Positions 17,921-25,860 of a DNA stretch of 56,040 nucleotides are shown here, piece after piece (position 1 is the stretch's first letter; every line of letters begins with the position of its first letter). The DNA is from an uncultured Gemmatimonadota bacterium (GTDB lineage Bacteria; GCA-2686955). The stretch covers positions 1-56,040 of the forward strand of contig CAZBBK010000036.1 of the NCBI GenBank assembly GCA_964490075.1, written 5' to 3'. The notes beneath the pieces are model-generated. The model was not told the DNA's origin and searched no databases. It worked only from the letters and a program-made list of their open reading frames with translations. The position numbers and the translations under genes are program-made.

Positions 17921-19291
17921 TCAACCGACCATCGACAGGGTGGTCTGGATGAGCTCGTCGACCGTGCTGACCACCGTCGCCGACGCCTGGTAGGCGTTCT
18001 GCAGGCTGATCAGCTCGACCATCTCCTCGTCGAGATTGACGCCCTTCACCTGCTCGCGCTGCAGCAAGGACTGCGTGGAGAGGGTCTGGGCCATGGTGGA
18101 AGAGAACTCCGCCTCCTGGCTGGCGAGGCCGATGGCGAGCACCAGGCTGTTGTACGATTCGCCGATGGTGGCGCCCTCGTGCACCGGCCGATCACGCAGC
18201 TCCGCCAGGCGCAGGGCGATTTCGTTGTCGCCCGGCAGGCCCGATTCGGAGCTGGCGATGCGCTGCGGATCGGCGGCGATCGACACGTCGACGGCGATGG
18301 TGCGCGCCGAATCGCCGGTGAAGAAGTCGAGCCCGGTGTAGAGGCCGTCGGCGGAGTAGCCCTCGCGGTGGATCGCGTTGACCTGCTCGATCAGGGTCTC
18401 GGCCACCTCGTCGAGGCCGGCGAGGATCTCGGGAATGACCTCGTCGCGCTCCTCCAGCATCGCGGCCAGGCTCCCCGCCCGAGGCTTGAACTCGGTTCCG
18501 TCCTCCGAGTAGACGACGCGCAGCGCCGAGGCGTCGCCGGAGACCTCGGTCTCGAGCTCGATGCGGTGCGCCGCGGCGCCCTCGACCAAGGCCAGGCCAT
18601 TCGACGAGACCCGGAGGCCCTCGGGGCCCTGGGCGATGTCGATCTCGGTGAGCTGGGCGAGCTCGTCGACGAGCGCATCACGCTGGTCGAGAAGATCGTT
18701 GGCATCGATGTCACCGCCCTTGGAGACCGCCACGATGTCGGCGTTGAGCGCGGCGATCTGCGCCGTGAGGCTGTTGATGGTGCCCACGGTGTAGCCGATC
18801 TCGGAATCGATCTGGGCGCGCAGGTCGGAGGTCTCGCTCTGCAGGTCGTTGAAGGAGCGGGCGAGCTGCTGCGCCTTGCCGACCAGGCTGACGCGGGCGG
18901 TGGGATCGGTGGGGGTGTTGGCGAGCTCGTTCCAACCGTCCCAGAACTCGCTCAGCGCCGAGCCCAGACCGGTGCCCGAGACCTCGTCGAAGAGCGCCTC
19001 GAGCTGTTGTAGGGTGCCGGTCATGTGGCCGAACTGGCCGGCGCTGGCCTGGTCGTCGCGGTAACGGCCGTCGAGGAAGGCGTCGCGCGAGCGCAGGATC
19101 TCGGAGATCTCGATCCCCATGCCGAGGGTGCCGGCGCCGATGTCGCGGAAGCCGATGCTCGCGGTCAGGCCGCGCTGGCGCGAGTAGCTGGGATCGTTCG
19201 CGCGCGCGATGTTGGTCGACACCAGGTCGATGCGCGTCTGGGTGGTGTAGAGGCCAGTGGCGCTCGAACGAATGGTGGAGAAGAGCGACAT
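17921..19291 (-). CDS. flgK: Hook-associated protein 1 FlgK
   Basis: NIARANDPSYSRQR, NDLLDQRD, GVNLDEEMVELI..QNAYQASA. Confidence 0.93.
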   Translation of the reverse strand: MSLFSTIRSSATGLYTTQTRIDLVSTNIARANDPSYSRQRGLTASIGFRDIGAGTLGMGIEISEILRSRDAFLDGRYRDDQASAGQFGHMTGTLQQLEALFDEVSGTGLGSALSEFWDGWNELANTPTDPTARVSLVGKAQQLARSFNDLQSETSDLRAQIDSEIGYTVGTINSLTAQIAALNADIVAVSKGGDIDANDLLDQRDALVDELAQLTEIDIAQGPEGLRVSSNGLALVEGAAAHRIELETEVSGDASALRVVYSEDGTEFKPRAGSLAAMLEERDEVIPEILAGLDEVAETLIEQVNAIHREGYSADGLYTGLDFFTGDSARTIAVDVSIAADPQRIASSESGLPGDNEIALRLAELRDRPVHEGATIGESYNSLVLAIGLASQEAEFSSTMAQTLSTQSLLQREQVKGVNLDEEMVELISLQNAYQASATVVSTVDELIQTTLSMVG

Positions 19292-19303
19292 CTCAGATCC
19301 CCA

Positions 19304-19813
19304 TCAGGCCATGCGGTCCATGAGAGTGCGCTCGCCCCGACTACGTTCCACGTGGCCGGCGGGGGCGTAGATCGGGTTCTCCTGGTCGTGCGCCTTGAGG
19401 GCCTGCATGGTGGCATCGGCGAACTGGATGGCGCGCAGGAGCAGGCGCGTGGTGATGCGCTGGGTTCGCTCCAGGGTCGAGGCGAGCAGCCGCAGCTCGT
19501 CGCGCTGGTCGCGCAGCCGGGTGCGCGCCGCCGAGCGCGGCATGGCGCGCAAGAGCCGGGTAAGCGTGACCTCGGCGGGATCGAGCCCGACGGCGCCGGC
19601 GGCGCTGCGCAGCATCTCCTGCTGGCGGGGCTGGAGCTCGGCCAGGCTGCCGGAGAGCTGTTGCTTGCGCCACATCAGTTCCTCCACGCGCTGCGCCTCG
19701 CCGTGCACGATCGCCTGCTGCTCCTGACGACTGACCCGGAGCAGCTCGCGATGGCCGTCGATCGCGGACTCGAGCACGTCGGCGAACTCTTCTGCGAGGG
19801 GACTTGCGGACAT
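19304..19813 (-). CDS. flgN: FlgN-like export chaperone
   Basis: Helical 169-aa protein directly upstream of flgK; C-terminal Y...G motif. Confidence 0.7.
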   Translation of the reverse strand: MSASPLAEEFADVLESAIDGHRELLRVSRQEQQAIVHGEAQRVEELMWRKQQLSGSLAELQPRQQEMLRSAAGAVGLDPAEVTLTRLLRAMPRSAARTRLRDQRDELRLLASTLERTQRITTRLLLRAIQFADATMQALKAHDQENPIYAPAGHVERSRGERTLMDRMA

Positions 19814-19823
19814 GGATCTTCCT

Positions 19824-20684
19824 CTATCTCAACATCGTCTGATTCGCGCTGGAGTTGAGTCCGGGCTCGTAAGTCCATGAACGAAGAACCCTTTGCACGT
19901 AGTCGACAGTCTCCGGGAAGGGCGGGATGCCGCCGTGCCGCTCGACGGCGCCGGGACCGGCGTTGTAGGCCGCCAGTGCCAGGGGCACGTCGTCGTCGAA
20001 GCGGCGCAGCATCGAGGCGAGGTAGCGGGTGCCGCCTTCGGCGTTCTCTCGAGGGTCGCGAGGATCGCCGATGCCGAGCTCGGCGACGGTGCCGGGCATG
20101 AGCTGCATCAGACCGATCGCTCCGCGCGGCGACACGGCGGTCGAGTCCCAGTCCGATTCGCGGGCCACCACCGCCTCGGCGAGGCCCGGGGGCAGGCCGT
20201 GGCGGGCCGCGGCGGAGGCGACGATCGACTGCAGTTGGTGGCGGCTGGGCGGCGATGCCGGGCCGGCGGAGGGAGTGGGGAGGAGGCGCGGTGGGGGGGC
20301 GGCGGTCGAGCCCGGCAGGTGCGGCGTGGCTCGGCGGCTCGATGCGATCAGCTCGGCGCTGGGCGGGGCGCCGGTGAGCTGGCGGAAGAGCTGCGCGGCC
20401 AACCCGCTGCGATTGTTGGCGGCGATTCCCTGGGCCAGCTGGGCGTCGGCGATCTCGCGGTAGAGCGAGATTTCGGCATGGGAGCGCTCGGTGCCGGCCA
20501 GCGACTCCGATGCGCCGCGCATCGAGCTCAGCATCTTCTGCACCAGCAGCGATTCGAACTCGATGGCGGCCTGGTAGATGCGGCGCATCTGGGCCGGTTC
20601 GTTCGGCGCTCCGCCGCCGGGGCCGGAGCGCTCGGCTTGCCGCAGAGCGATCGGTTCCGAGCCGCTTCCGCCGATCGAAGCCAT
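19824..20684 (-). CDS. flgJ: FlgJ-like rod-binding domain fused to an SLT (GH23) lytic transglycosylase
   Basis: N-terminal AAIEFESLLVQKMLSSMR...GLAAQLFRQL; C-terminal RES, GAIGLMQLMPGT, LALAAYNAGPG, PPFPETVDYV. Confidence 0.8.
   Translation of the reverse strand: MASIGGSGSEPIALRQAERSGPGGGAPNEPAQMRRIYQAAIEFESLLVQKMLSSMRGASESLAGTERSHAEISLYREIADAQLAQGIAANNRSGLAAQLFRQLTGAPPSAELIASSRRATPHLPGSTAAPPPRLLPTPSAGPASPPSRHQLQSIVASAAARHGLPPGLAEAVVARESDWDSTAVSPRGAIGLMQLMPGTVAELGIGDPRDPRENAEGGTRYLASMLRRFDDDVPLALAAYNAGPGAVERHGGIPPFPETVDYVQRVLRSWTYEPGLNSSANQTMLR
19832..19858 (-). promoter_or_regulatory. Sigma-28-like promoter for flgN-flgK-flgL-fliW
   Basis: Minus strand TCAA-N15-GACGATGT versus consensus TAAA-N15-GCCGATAA; just upstream of the flgN RBS. 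Confidence 0.5.
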
Positions 20685-21790
20685 CACATCACCACCAGCT
20701 CGGCCCGCAGGGCGCCGGCCCGGTGCAGCGCCTGCAGAATGTGGATCAGGTCGCGGGTCGAGGCCCCGAGGTCGTTCAGCGCCTGCACCACGTCGCTCAC
20801 GGTGACCGTCTCGGTGACCTCGATCACGGTCTGCCGCTCCTCCTGGACCGCGGCGTCGACCTGGTCGACGACCACCGTCTGGCCGGACGAGAAGGGACCC
20901 GGTTGGGAGACCAGGGTTTGGTTGCGGATCTCGATCGACAGGCTGCCGTGGCTCACCGCCGAGGCGGCGAGCTGCACGTGCTCTCCGACCACCACGGTGC
21001 CGGTGCGCTCGTCGACCACCACCCGCGCCGGCCGGTCGTCCTCGAAGGTGAGGGTCTCGATCTGCGCCACCAGGCGGACCACGGCGGCGGGATCGGCGTC
21101 CTCGGCGTCGAGCGGGATCTCCACGCGCCCGGCGTCCTGCGGATTCGCTCGTTCCGCGCCCAGGGCGGCGTTGATCGCGGCGGCCAGCTCGCGCGACGAG
21201 CTGTAGTCGGGCTGGTGCAGATCGATGGCGATCGCCTTGGGCGGCCCGCCATCGGGCAGCGGAGTACGGCTGATCGCGGCGCCGGATACCACCCGGCCGA
21301 CGGTGGCGACGTTCTTGCGCAGGCTGCCCTGGTTGCCGGTGTCGACGTTGAATCCGCCCACCGTGACCGGTCCCTGGGCGCCGGCCACGACCGTGCCATC
21401 GGGGCCCAGGAGCTGGGTCAGCACCAGCGTGCCGCCGCGCAGAGAGCGGGCATCGCCGAGCGCGGAGACGGTGACGTCGGCGCGATAGCCCGGTCGCGAT
21501 CGGGCCGGAACCTCGGCGGTCACCACCACGGCGGCGACGTTGCGCACCCGCACCCGATCCGAGTCGACGTTGACCCCCATCTTCTCGAGCATGTTGGAGA
21601 GCGACTGCGCCGTGAACTGGGTGGTCGAGCCGTCGCCGGTGCCGGAGAGACCGGCCACCAGGCCGTAGCCGACCAGCTGCACCCGGCCGGTTTCGTGCAC
21701 CGAGGCGACGTCTTTGATGCGCACCGCTGCCTGCGCGGCGTGCGACGCCAGGAGGGCGATCGCGACGATGAGGGTGGCGTGGGGGCGCAT
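20684..21790 (-). CDS. flgI: Flagellar P-ring protein
   Basis: RIKDVA, QLVGYGLVAGLSGTGD, GDARSLRGGTL, DERTGTVVVG, AGALRAEL; start at MRPH overlaps the flgH stop. Confidence 0.95.
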   Translation of the reverse strand: MRPHATLIVAIALLASHAAQAAVRIKDVASVHETGRVQLVGYGLVAGLSGTGDGSTTQFTAQSLSNMLEKMGVNVDSDRVRVRNVAAVVVTAEVPARSRPGYRADVTVSALGDARSLRGGTLVLTQLLGPDGTVVAGAQGPVTVGGFNVDTGNQGSLRKNVATVGRVVSGAAISRTPLPDGGPPKAIAIDLHQPDYSSSRELAAAINAALGAERANPQDAGRVEIPLDAEDADPAAVVRLVAQIETLTFEDDRPARVVVDERTGTVVVGEHVQLAASAVSHGSLSIEIRNQTLVSQPGPFSSGQTVVVDQVDAAVQEERQTVIEVTETVTVSDVVQALNDLGASTRDLIHILQALHRAGALRAELVVM

Positions 21791-22359
21791 CAGAAGATCC
21801 ATCCCAGGAAGCGCGAGATCAGGCCTTGTCTGGAGCTGGTGTCCAGCGCGCCGGTTCCGCGGTAGGAAATCCGGGCATCGGCCAGGTAGGTGGAGAGCAC
21901 GGAGTTGTCGGCCGAGATGTCCTTGGGACGCACGATTCCTTCGATCTCCATCACCTCTTCCGCCTGGTTGATGATCACGACGCGGCTGCCCTGAATCACC
22001 AGGTTGCCGTTCGGCGTCACCTCCCTCACCCGGGCGGTGATGTTGGCGGTCAGTTTGCCCGAGCGGCTGGTGCTGCCCTCGCCGTCGAAGCTGTTGTCGG
22101 CGCTGCCCGAGACTCCGAAGAGCGGAATCGCCGAGAGCGGCCCGGTGCCCGGTCCGCCGCTGGTGGCGAAGGAGGCCGACTTGTTGCTGGCGGTGATGGA
22201 GGACTGGTCGGCGCTGGCCGACTCTGTTACGCGGATGGTGATGATGTCGTTGATCTGGAAGGCGCGCTGGTCCGAGAAGAGGGAGCCGCTTCCATGCGCC
22301 GCGGCGCCCGCCAGGACCAGGGCTGATGCGGCGATTAGGGTGCGCTTCAGGATGTTCAT
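21790..22359 (-). CDS. flgH: Flagellar L-ring protein
   Basis: SLFSDQRA....DIITI.V.E, PNGNLVIQG, GIVRPKDI..DNSV.S..LADARI.Y.G. Confidence 0.92.
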   Translation of the reverse strand: MNILKRTLIAASALVLAGAAAHGSGSLFSDQRAFQINDIITIRVTESASADQSSITASNKSASFATSGGPGTGPLSAIPLFGVSGSADNSFDGEGSTSRSGKLTANITARVREVTPNGNLVIQGSRVVIINQAEEVMEIEGIVRPKDISADNSVLSTYLADARISYRGTGALDTSSRQGLISRFLGWIF

Positions 22360-23045
22360 CAGGGCTCCAGTTCGGCTCGGCCGGGGGCCAGGGCGCGAGC
22401 CCGCAGCGCCCGGCGCATCCGCGGGTCGTGGATTCGGAAGGTCTCGCCGATCGCCGCGTCTTCGAGGGCCCGCCCCGCGAGCACCAGGCGCAGTCCGCCG
22501 CGCTCGAGCGTGGCTTCGACGCGGTCTCCGGAGCGGATCTGGGGGATCGGCTCCAGGTCGCTGCTGCGCAGCGCGGCGCCGCGGGCGATTGGGCGCCGGG
22601 CGCGCTGGCCCTCCGGCATCCGGGCGAGCAGCTTCGGCGCGAGCTCGGTGCGCCGCAGCTCGACGTCGTCGGGGCCGATCTCCTCTCCCCGGGCGATCGA
22701 CCGCCGGGCGCGGCAGGCGGGGGCGTAGGCCCTCAGGCGGACCGCGACGGTGGCCACCGCTCGGCTCCCCCGGCCGGCGCCGGCGGTCCGCAGCGTGACC
22801 ATGTGCACGCCCGGGGCCAGCGGCGCCCTCGGGCCGGTGATCCGCAGGTCGGCCTCCCCGCAGGTGCGATCGGCCGGAATCGAGGTCGCCTCGACCTGGC
22901 GATCGTCGAGGCCACTCGAGGCGGCCAGCGAATCGACGTGGTCGCGAGCCAGAGCGGCGATCTTCTCCCCCGATACCAGCGCCTGGGCCGAGCTCCATGC
23001 GCTCGGAAGGGCCAGCAGCAGGATCGGGATCAGAAGTCGAAACAC
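22359..23045 (-). CDS. flgA: P-ring formation chaperone FlgA
   Basis: Signal peptide, SAF domain, IRSGDRV......GL.L...GRALED...GE; lies between flgG and flgH. Confidence 0.85.
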   Translation of the reverse strand: MFRLLIPILLLALPSAWSSAQALVSGEKIAALARDHVDSLAASSGLDDRQVEATSIPADRTCGEADLRITGPRAPLAPGVHMVTLRTAGAGRGSRAVATVAVRLRAYAPACRARRSIARGEEIGPDDVELRRTELAPKLLARMPEGQRARRPIARGAALRSSDLEPIPQIRSGDRVEATLERGGLRLVLAGRALEDAAIGETFRIHDPRMRRALRARALAPGRAELEP

Positions 23046-23049
23046 CGAT

Positions 23050-23835
23050 CTACCTCAGGTTGTTGGCGAGTTGCAGCATCTCGTCGGAGGTCTGAATCGC
23101 CTTCGAGGAGATCTCGTAGGCGCGCTGCGCCAGGATCATGTTCACCATCTCGGTGACCACCTCCACGTTCGACGACTCGACGAAGCCCTGGCGCAAGGTG
23201 CCGATGCCCTGGGTGCCGGGCGAAGCGAGCAACGCATCGCCCGATGCCGGCGTGCGCCGGAACAGATTCCGCCCCTGCGCCGCCAGACCGTTGGGATTGA
23301 TGAAGCGGGCCAGCACCAACTCGCCGAGATTCACCGGCAGATCCTCACCGTGAAGGAAGGCCTGCACCACGCCGTCGGCGGAGATCACGATCGATGTGGC
23401 GTCGTCGGGAACCACGATTTCGGGCTCCACCCGGAAACCGGAGGAGGTGACGATCGTGCCGTCGGCGGAGAGCTTCAGACTTCCGTCTCGCGTATAGGCG
23501 ACTTCTCCGTCCGGCATGCGGACCTGCAGGAATCCGTCTCCTTCGATGACCACGTCGAGCGGGTTCGATGTCTCCACCAGGTCGCCCTGGGCGAACTGCC
23601 GATTGGAGGCGACGATCGCGGTGCCGTGCCCGACCTGGAGCTGGACCGGCACCTCGACTCCGCGATAGAGGCTGGCTCCGGCTTCCTGGAGCTTCTGATA
23701 GATCAGGTCCTGGAACTCCAGAGTGGAACGTTTGAACGCCGTGGTATTGACGTTGGCCAGGTTGTTGGCGATGGTGTCGATCTGTCGCTGCTGGGACGAC
23801 ATTCCGGTGGCGGCTGTGTGCATTGCGTTCAGCAT
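23050..23835 (-). CDS. flgG: Distal rod protein FlgG
   Basis: ANNLANVNTTAFK, FQDLIYQ, YTRDGS, ESSNVEVVTEMVNMI.AQRAYE. Confidence 0.95.
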   Translation of the reverse strand: MLNAMHTAATGMSSQQRQIDTIANNLANVNTTAFKRSTLEFQDLIYQKLQEAGASLYRGVEVPVQLQVGHGTAIVASNRQFAQGDLVETSNPLDVVIEGDGFLQVRMPDGEVAYTRDGSLKLSADGTIVTSSGFRVEPEIVVPDDATSIVISADGVVQAFLHGEDLPVNLGELVLARFINPNGLAAQGRNLFRRTPASGDALLASPGTQGIGTLRQGFVESSNVEVVTEMVNMILAQRAYEISSKAIQTSDEMLQLANNLR

Positions 23836-23854
23836 CGCGGTCCCTCTGGTTGAC

Positions 23855-24580
23855 TCACTGGGCGCGTCCGACTCGGGTGATCGCGGTCTTGACCGTGTCG
23901 CCCTGGATCTTCATGGCGCGTTGCGCCGCTTCGTACTCGCGAAACAGCGTCATCATCTTGGTCATCTCTTCGATCGCGTTGGCGTTCGAGCTCTCCAGGA
24001 AACCCTGTCGCACCTGGGTGTCCCGAGCGTCGAGGGTGGCGGTGTCGGCCGGGAGAAAGAGGCCCGCCTCGATCTTCTGCAGGCGGGTCGGATCGGCGAC
24101 GTCCAGCAGCCGGAGGCGGTCGATCGGCCTGCCGCCGGTCGATATGGTGCCGTCGGCGCCGATGCTCAGAGAGGATGCGCCGCGCGGGATCGAGATCGGT
24201 CCACCCGCTCCCAGCAAGGGTTCCCCGCGTGCGGTGACCAGCTTGCCGTCGGGGGCGAGGTGGAAGGAGCCGCCGCGGGTGAGTGCCTCTCCATCGGCGG
24301 TCTGCACCGCGAAGAAGCCGGATCCGGAGAGCGCCAGGTCGAGAGGCGCGCCGGTCCCCTCCAGGGCTCCCTGGCTGAAATCGGTCACCATGCGCTCGCT
24401 GAGCGCCAGCCCCTGATCGTCCAGTGCGTTGGATTCGCCCTGGTGGCGCAAGATCTCCACGAAGAGGCGGTCCTTCTTGAAGCCGGAGCTGTTCAGGTTC
24501 GCCAGGTTGTTGGAGATCACGGCCTGCTGATTGAGCCGCGGCAGCACGGCCAACGCGGCGTGGCGTAGTCCTTTGACCAT
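23855..24580 (-). CDS. flgF: Proximal rod protein FlgF
   Basis: SNNLANLNSSGFKKD, TDFSQG.LE.TG.PLDLAL, QGFLESSN; upstream of flgG. Confidence 0.88.
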   Translation of the reverse strand: MVKGLRHAALAVLPRLNQQAVISNNLANLNSSGFKKDRLFVEILRHQGESNALDDQGLALSERMVTDFSQGALEGTGAPLDLALSGSGFFAVQTADGEALTRGGSFHLAPDGKLVTARGEPLLGAGGPISIPRGASSLSIGADGTISTGGRPIDRLRLLDVADPTRLQKIEAGLFLPADTATLDARDTQVRQGFLESSNANAIEEMTKMMTLFREYEAAQRAMKIQGDTVKTAITRVGRAQ

Positions 24581-24609
24581 TTCGTCTCCTCTGCGCTGAG
24601 GGCGAACCC

Positions 24610-24625
24610 CGCAACAGTCGTGCCA
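24610..24625 (-). promoter_or_regulatory. Sigma-54 promoter for the flgFGAHIJ operon
   Basis: Minus strand TGGCACG-actg-TTGCG, 30 bp upstream of the flgF ATG. Confidence 0.85.
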
Positions 24626-24699
24626 TGGCCTATCTCTGCGTAACTTTAGGTGTGGCTCGCACTTGCGCCCTAGTGGGCGCTACGTGGCGGGGGCTTTTG

Positions 24700-24736
24700 C
24701 GGCAGAATATACCGGGGGGGGCGGCAGACTTTGCCG
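24700..24736. promoter_or_regulatory. Paired enhancer (UAS) sites for a sigma-54 activator
   Basis: CGGCAGAATATACCG (24700) and CGGCAGACTTTGCCG (24722), 22 bp apart; same geometry upstream of flgB. Confidence 0.7.
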
Positions 24737-24744
24737 CCCGCGAG

Positions 24745-25860
24745 TCACACCGACACCACCAGGGCGTGGGCGCGCGCCAGACGGGCGGCGTCGGCCGCCC
24801 TCTCGATCAGCGCCAGGGCCGATTCGTCCTCTTTGCGCAGCTCGGCCGTGCCCCCGGCGGCGCGCAGACTGGGACCGCGGTCGACGGGAATCCGCGCGAT
24901 GCAATGCGCGCACTGCTCCAGGATCTCTCGGGCGGAGGCCAGCGACGAACCGGGGAGCACCAGCACGAACTCGTTGACGTGACGGCGCCCCGCCGCCTGC
25001 TGATCGAGCAGATGGCGGCGGATCACGCGGCCGACCTCGGCCAGCGCCCGATCGGCTTCCGCGACGCCTACCGATTCGCGAATCGCGTCGAGCTCCAACA
25101 CCTCGAGCAAAGCGACGGTCAGTGAGGTGCTCCTGCGTCGAGCGTGGTGGAACTCCTCGCGCACTCTGCGAACGATGCCGCGCTCCGAGAGCAGGCCGGT
25201 CAGATCGTCCGGAGAGAGGGCGCCGGTGAGGGATCGTTGACTGCGCATCCGCACCAGAATCGATGCCAGGGGTCGCGCCACGGTTGCCAGCAGCAAGAGA
25301 TCGTTGTCGTCGAAGGCATCGCGCACTGTGTGAGACAGATTCAGAACGCCGATGACTTTGTCGCCATGGGGCAGCGCGATGGAGATGAAGCTGCGTACGT
25401 AGGACTTCGAATGCTCGGGGTTGGGGTGGATGTTGGTGAGCAGAACCTGCTCCTCGTGACCGGCGACCCAGGAGCTGAAGCCCATGCCGGCGCCGAACTC
25501 GAAACGATCGAGAAGATCGACCACCGGACCGTTGCGATAGACCACCGAAAGCGTGGCGCTGTCGCGCTGCTCTTGGAAGAGCGTCACGCCGTGGAAGGGG
25601 ATTTCTCGATCGACTACCTGCAAGAGCTGCTCGTAGTTGAGTCGCGCCTTCTCGTTCAAAGCGCGAAAGATGGCCAACATGAGACGCTTGGCGCGCACCT
25701 CCAGCACCGGATCGGCATCGGGGCACGGCTCCGCCAGAGTCATGACCATGGCGCGGAAGTCGTGGATGGTGAACAGACTTCCCTCGGGAAGGTCATCGAG
25801 CATCGAGGCGACTCTGTGGCTCAACATATCGATCGCCCTGGCCGCCGTCGCCTTGTTCAT
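24745..25860 (-). CDS. GAF + degenerate GGDEF domain protein
   Basis: GAF (GMGFSSWVA...SFISIAL.....IGVLNL.H....AFD); DDLTGLL; GGDEF position reads HVNEF. Confidence 0.8.
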   Translation of the reverse strand: MNKATAARAIDMLSHRVASMLDDLPEGSLFTIHDFRAMVMTLAEPCPDADPVLEVRAKRLMLAIFRALNEKARLNYEQLLQVVDREIPFHGVTLFQEQRDSATLSVVYRNGPVVDLLDRFEFGAGMGFSSWVAGHEEQVLLTNIHPNPEHSKSYVRSFISIALPHGDKVIGVLNLSHTVRDAFDDNDLLLLATVARPLASILVRMRSQRSLTGALSPDDLTGLLSERGIVRRVREEFHHARRRSTSLTVALLEVLELDAIRESVGVAEADRALAEVGRVIRRHLLDQQAAGRRHVNEFVLVLPGSSLASAREILEQCAHCIARIPVDRGPSLRAAGGTAELRKEDESALALIERAADAARLARAHALVVSV

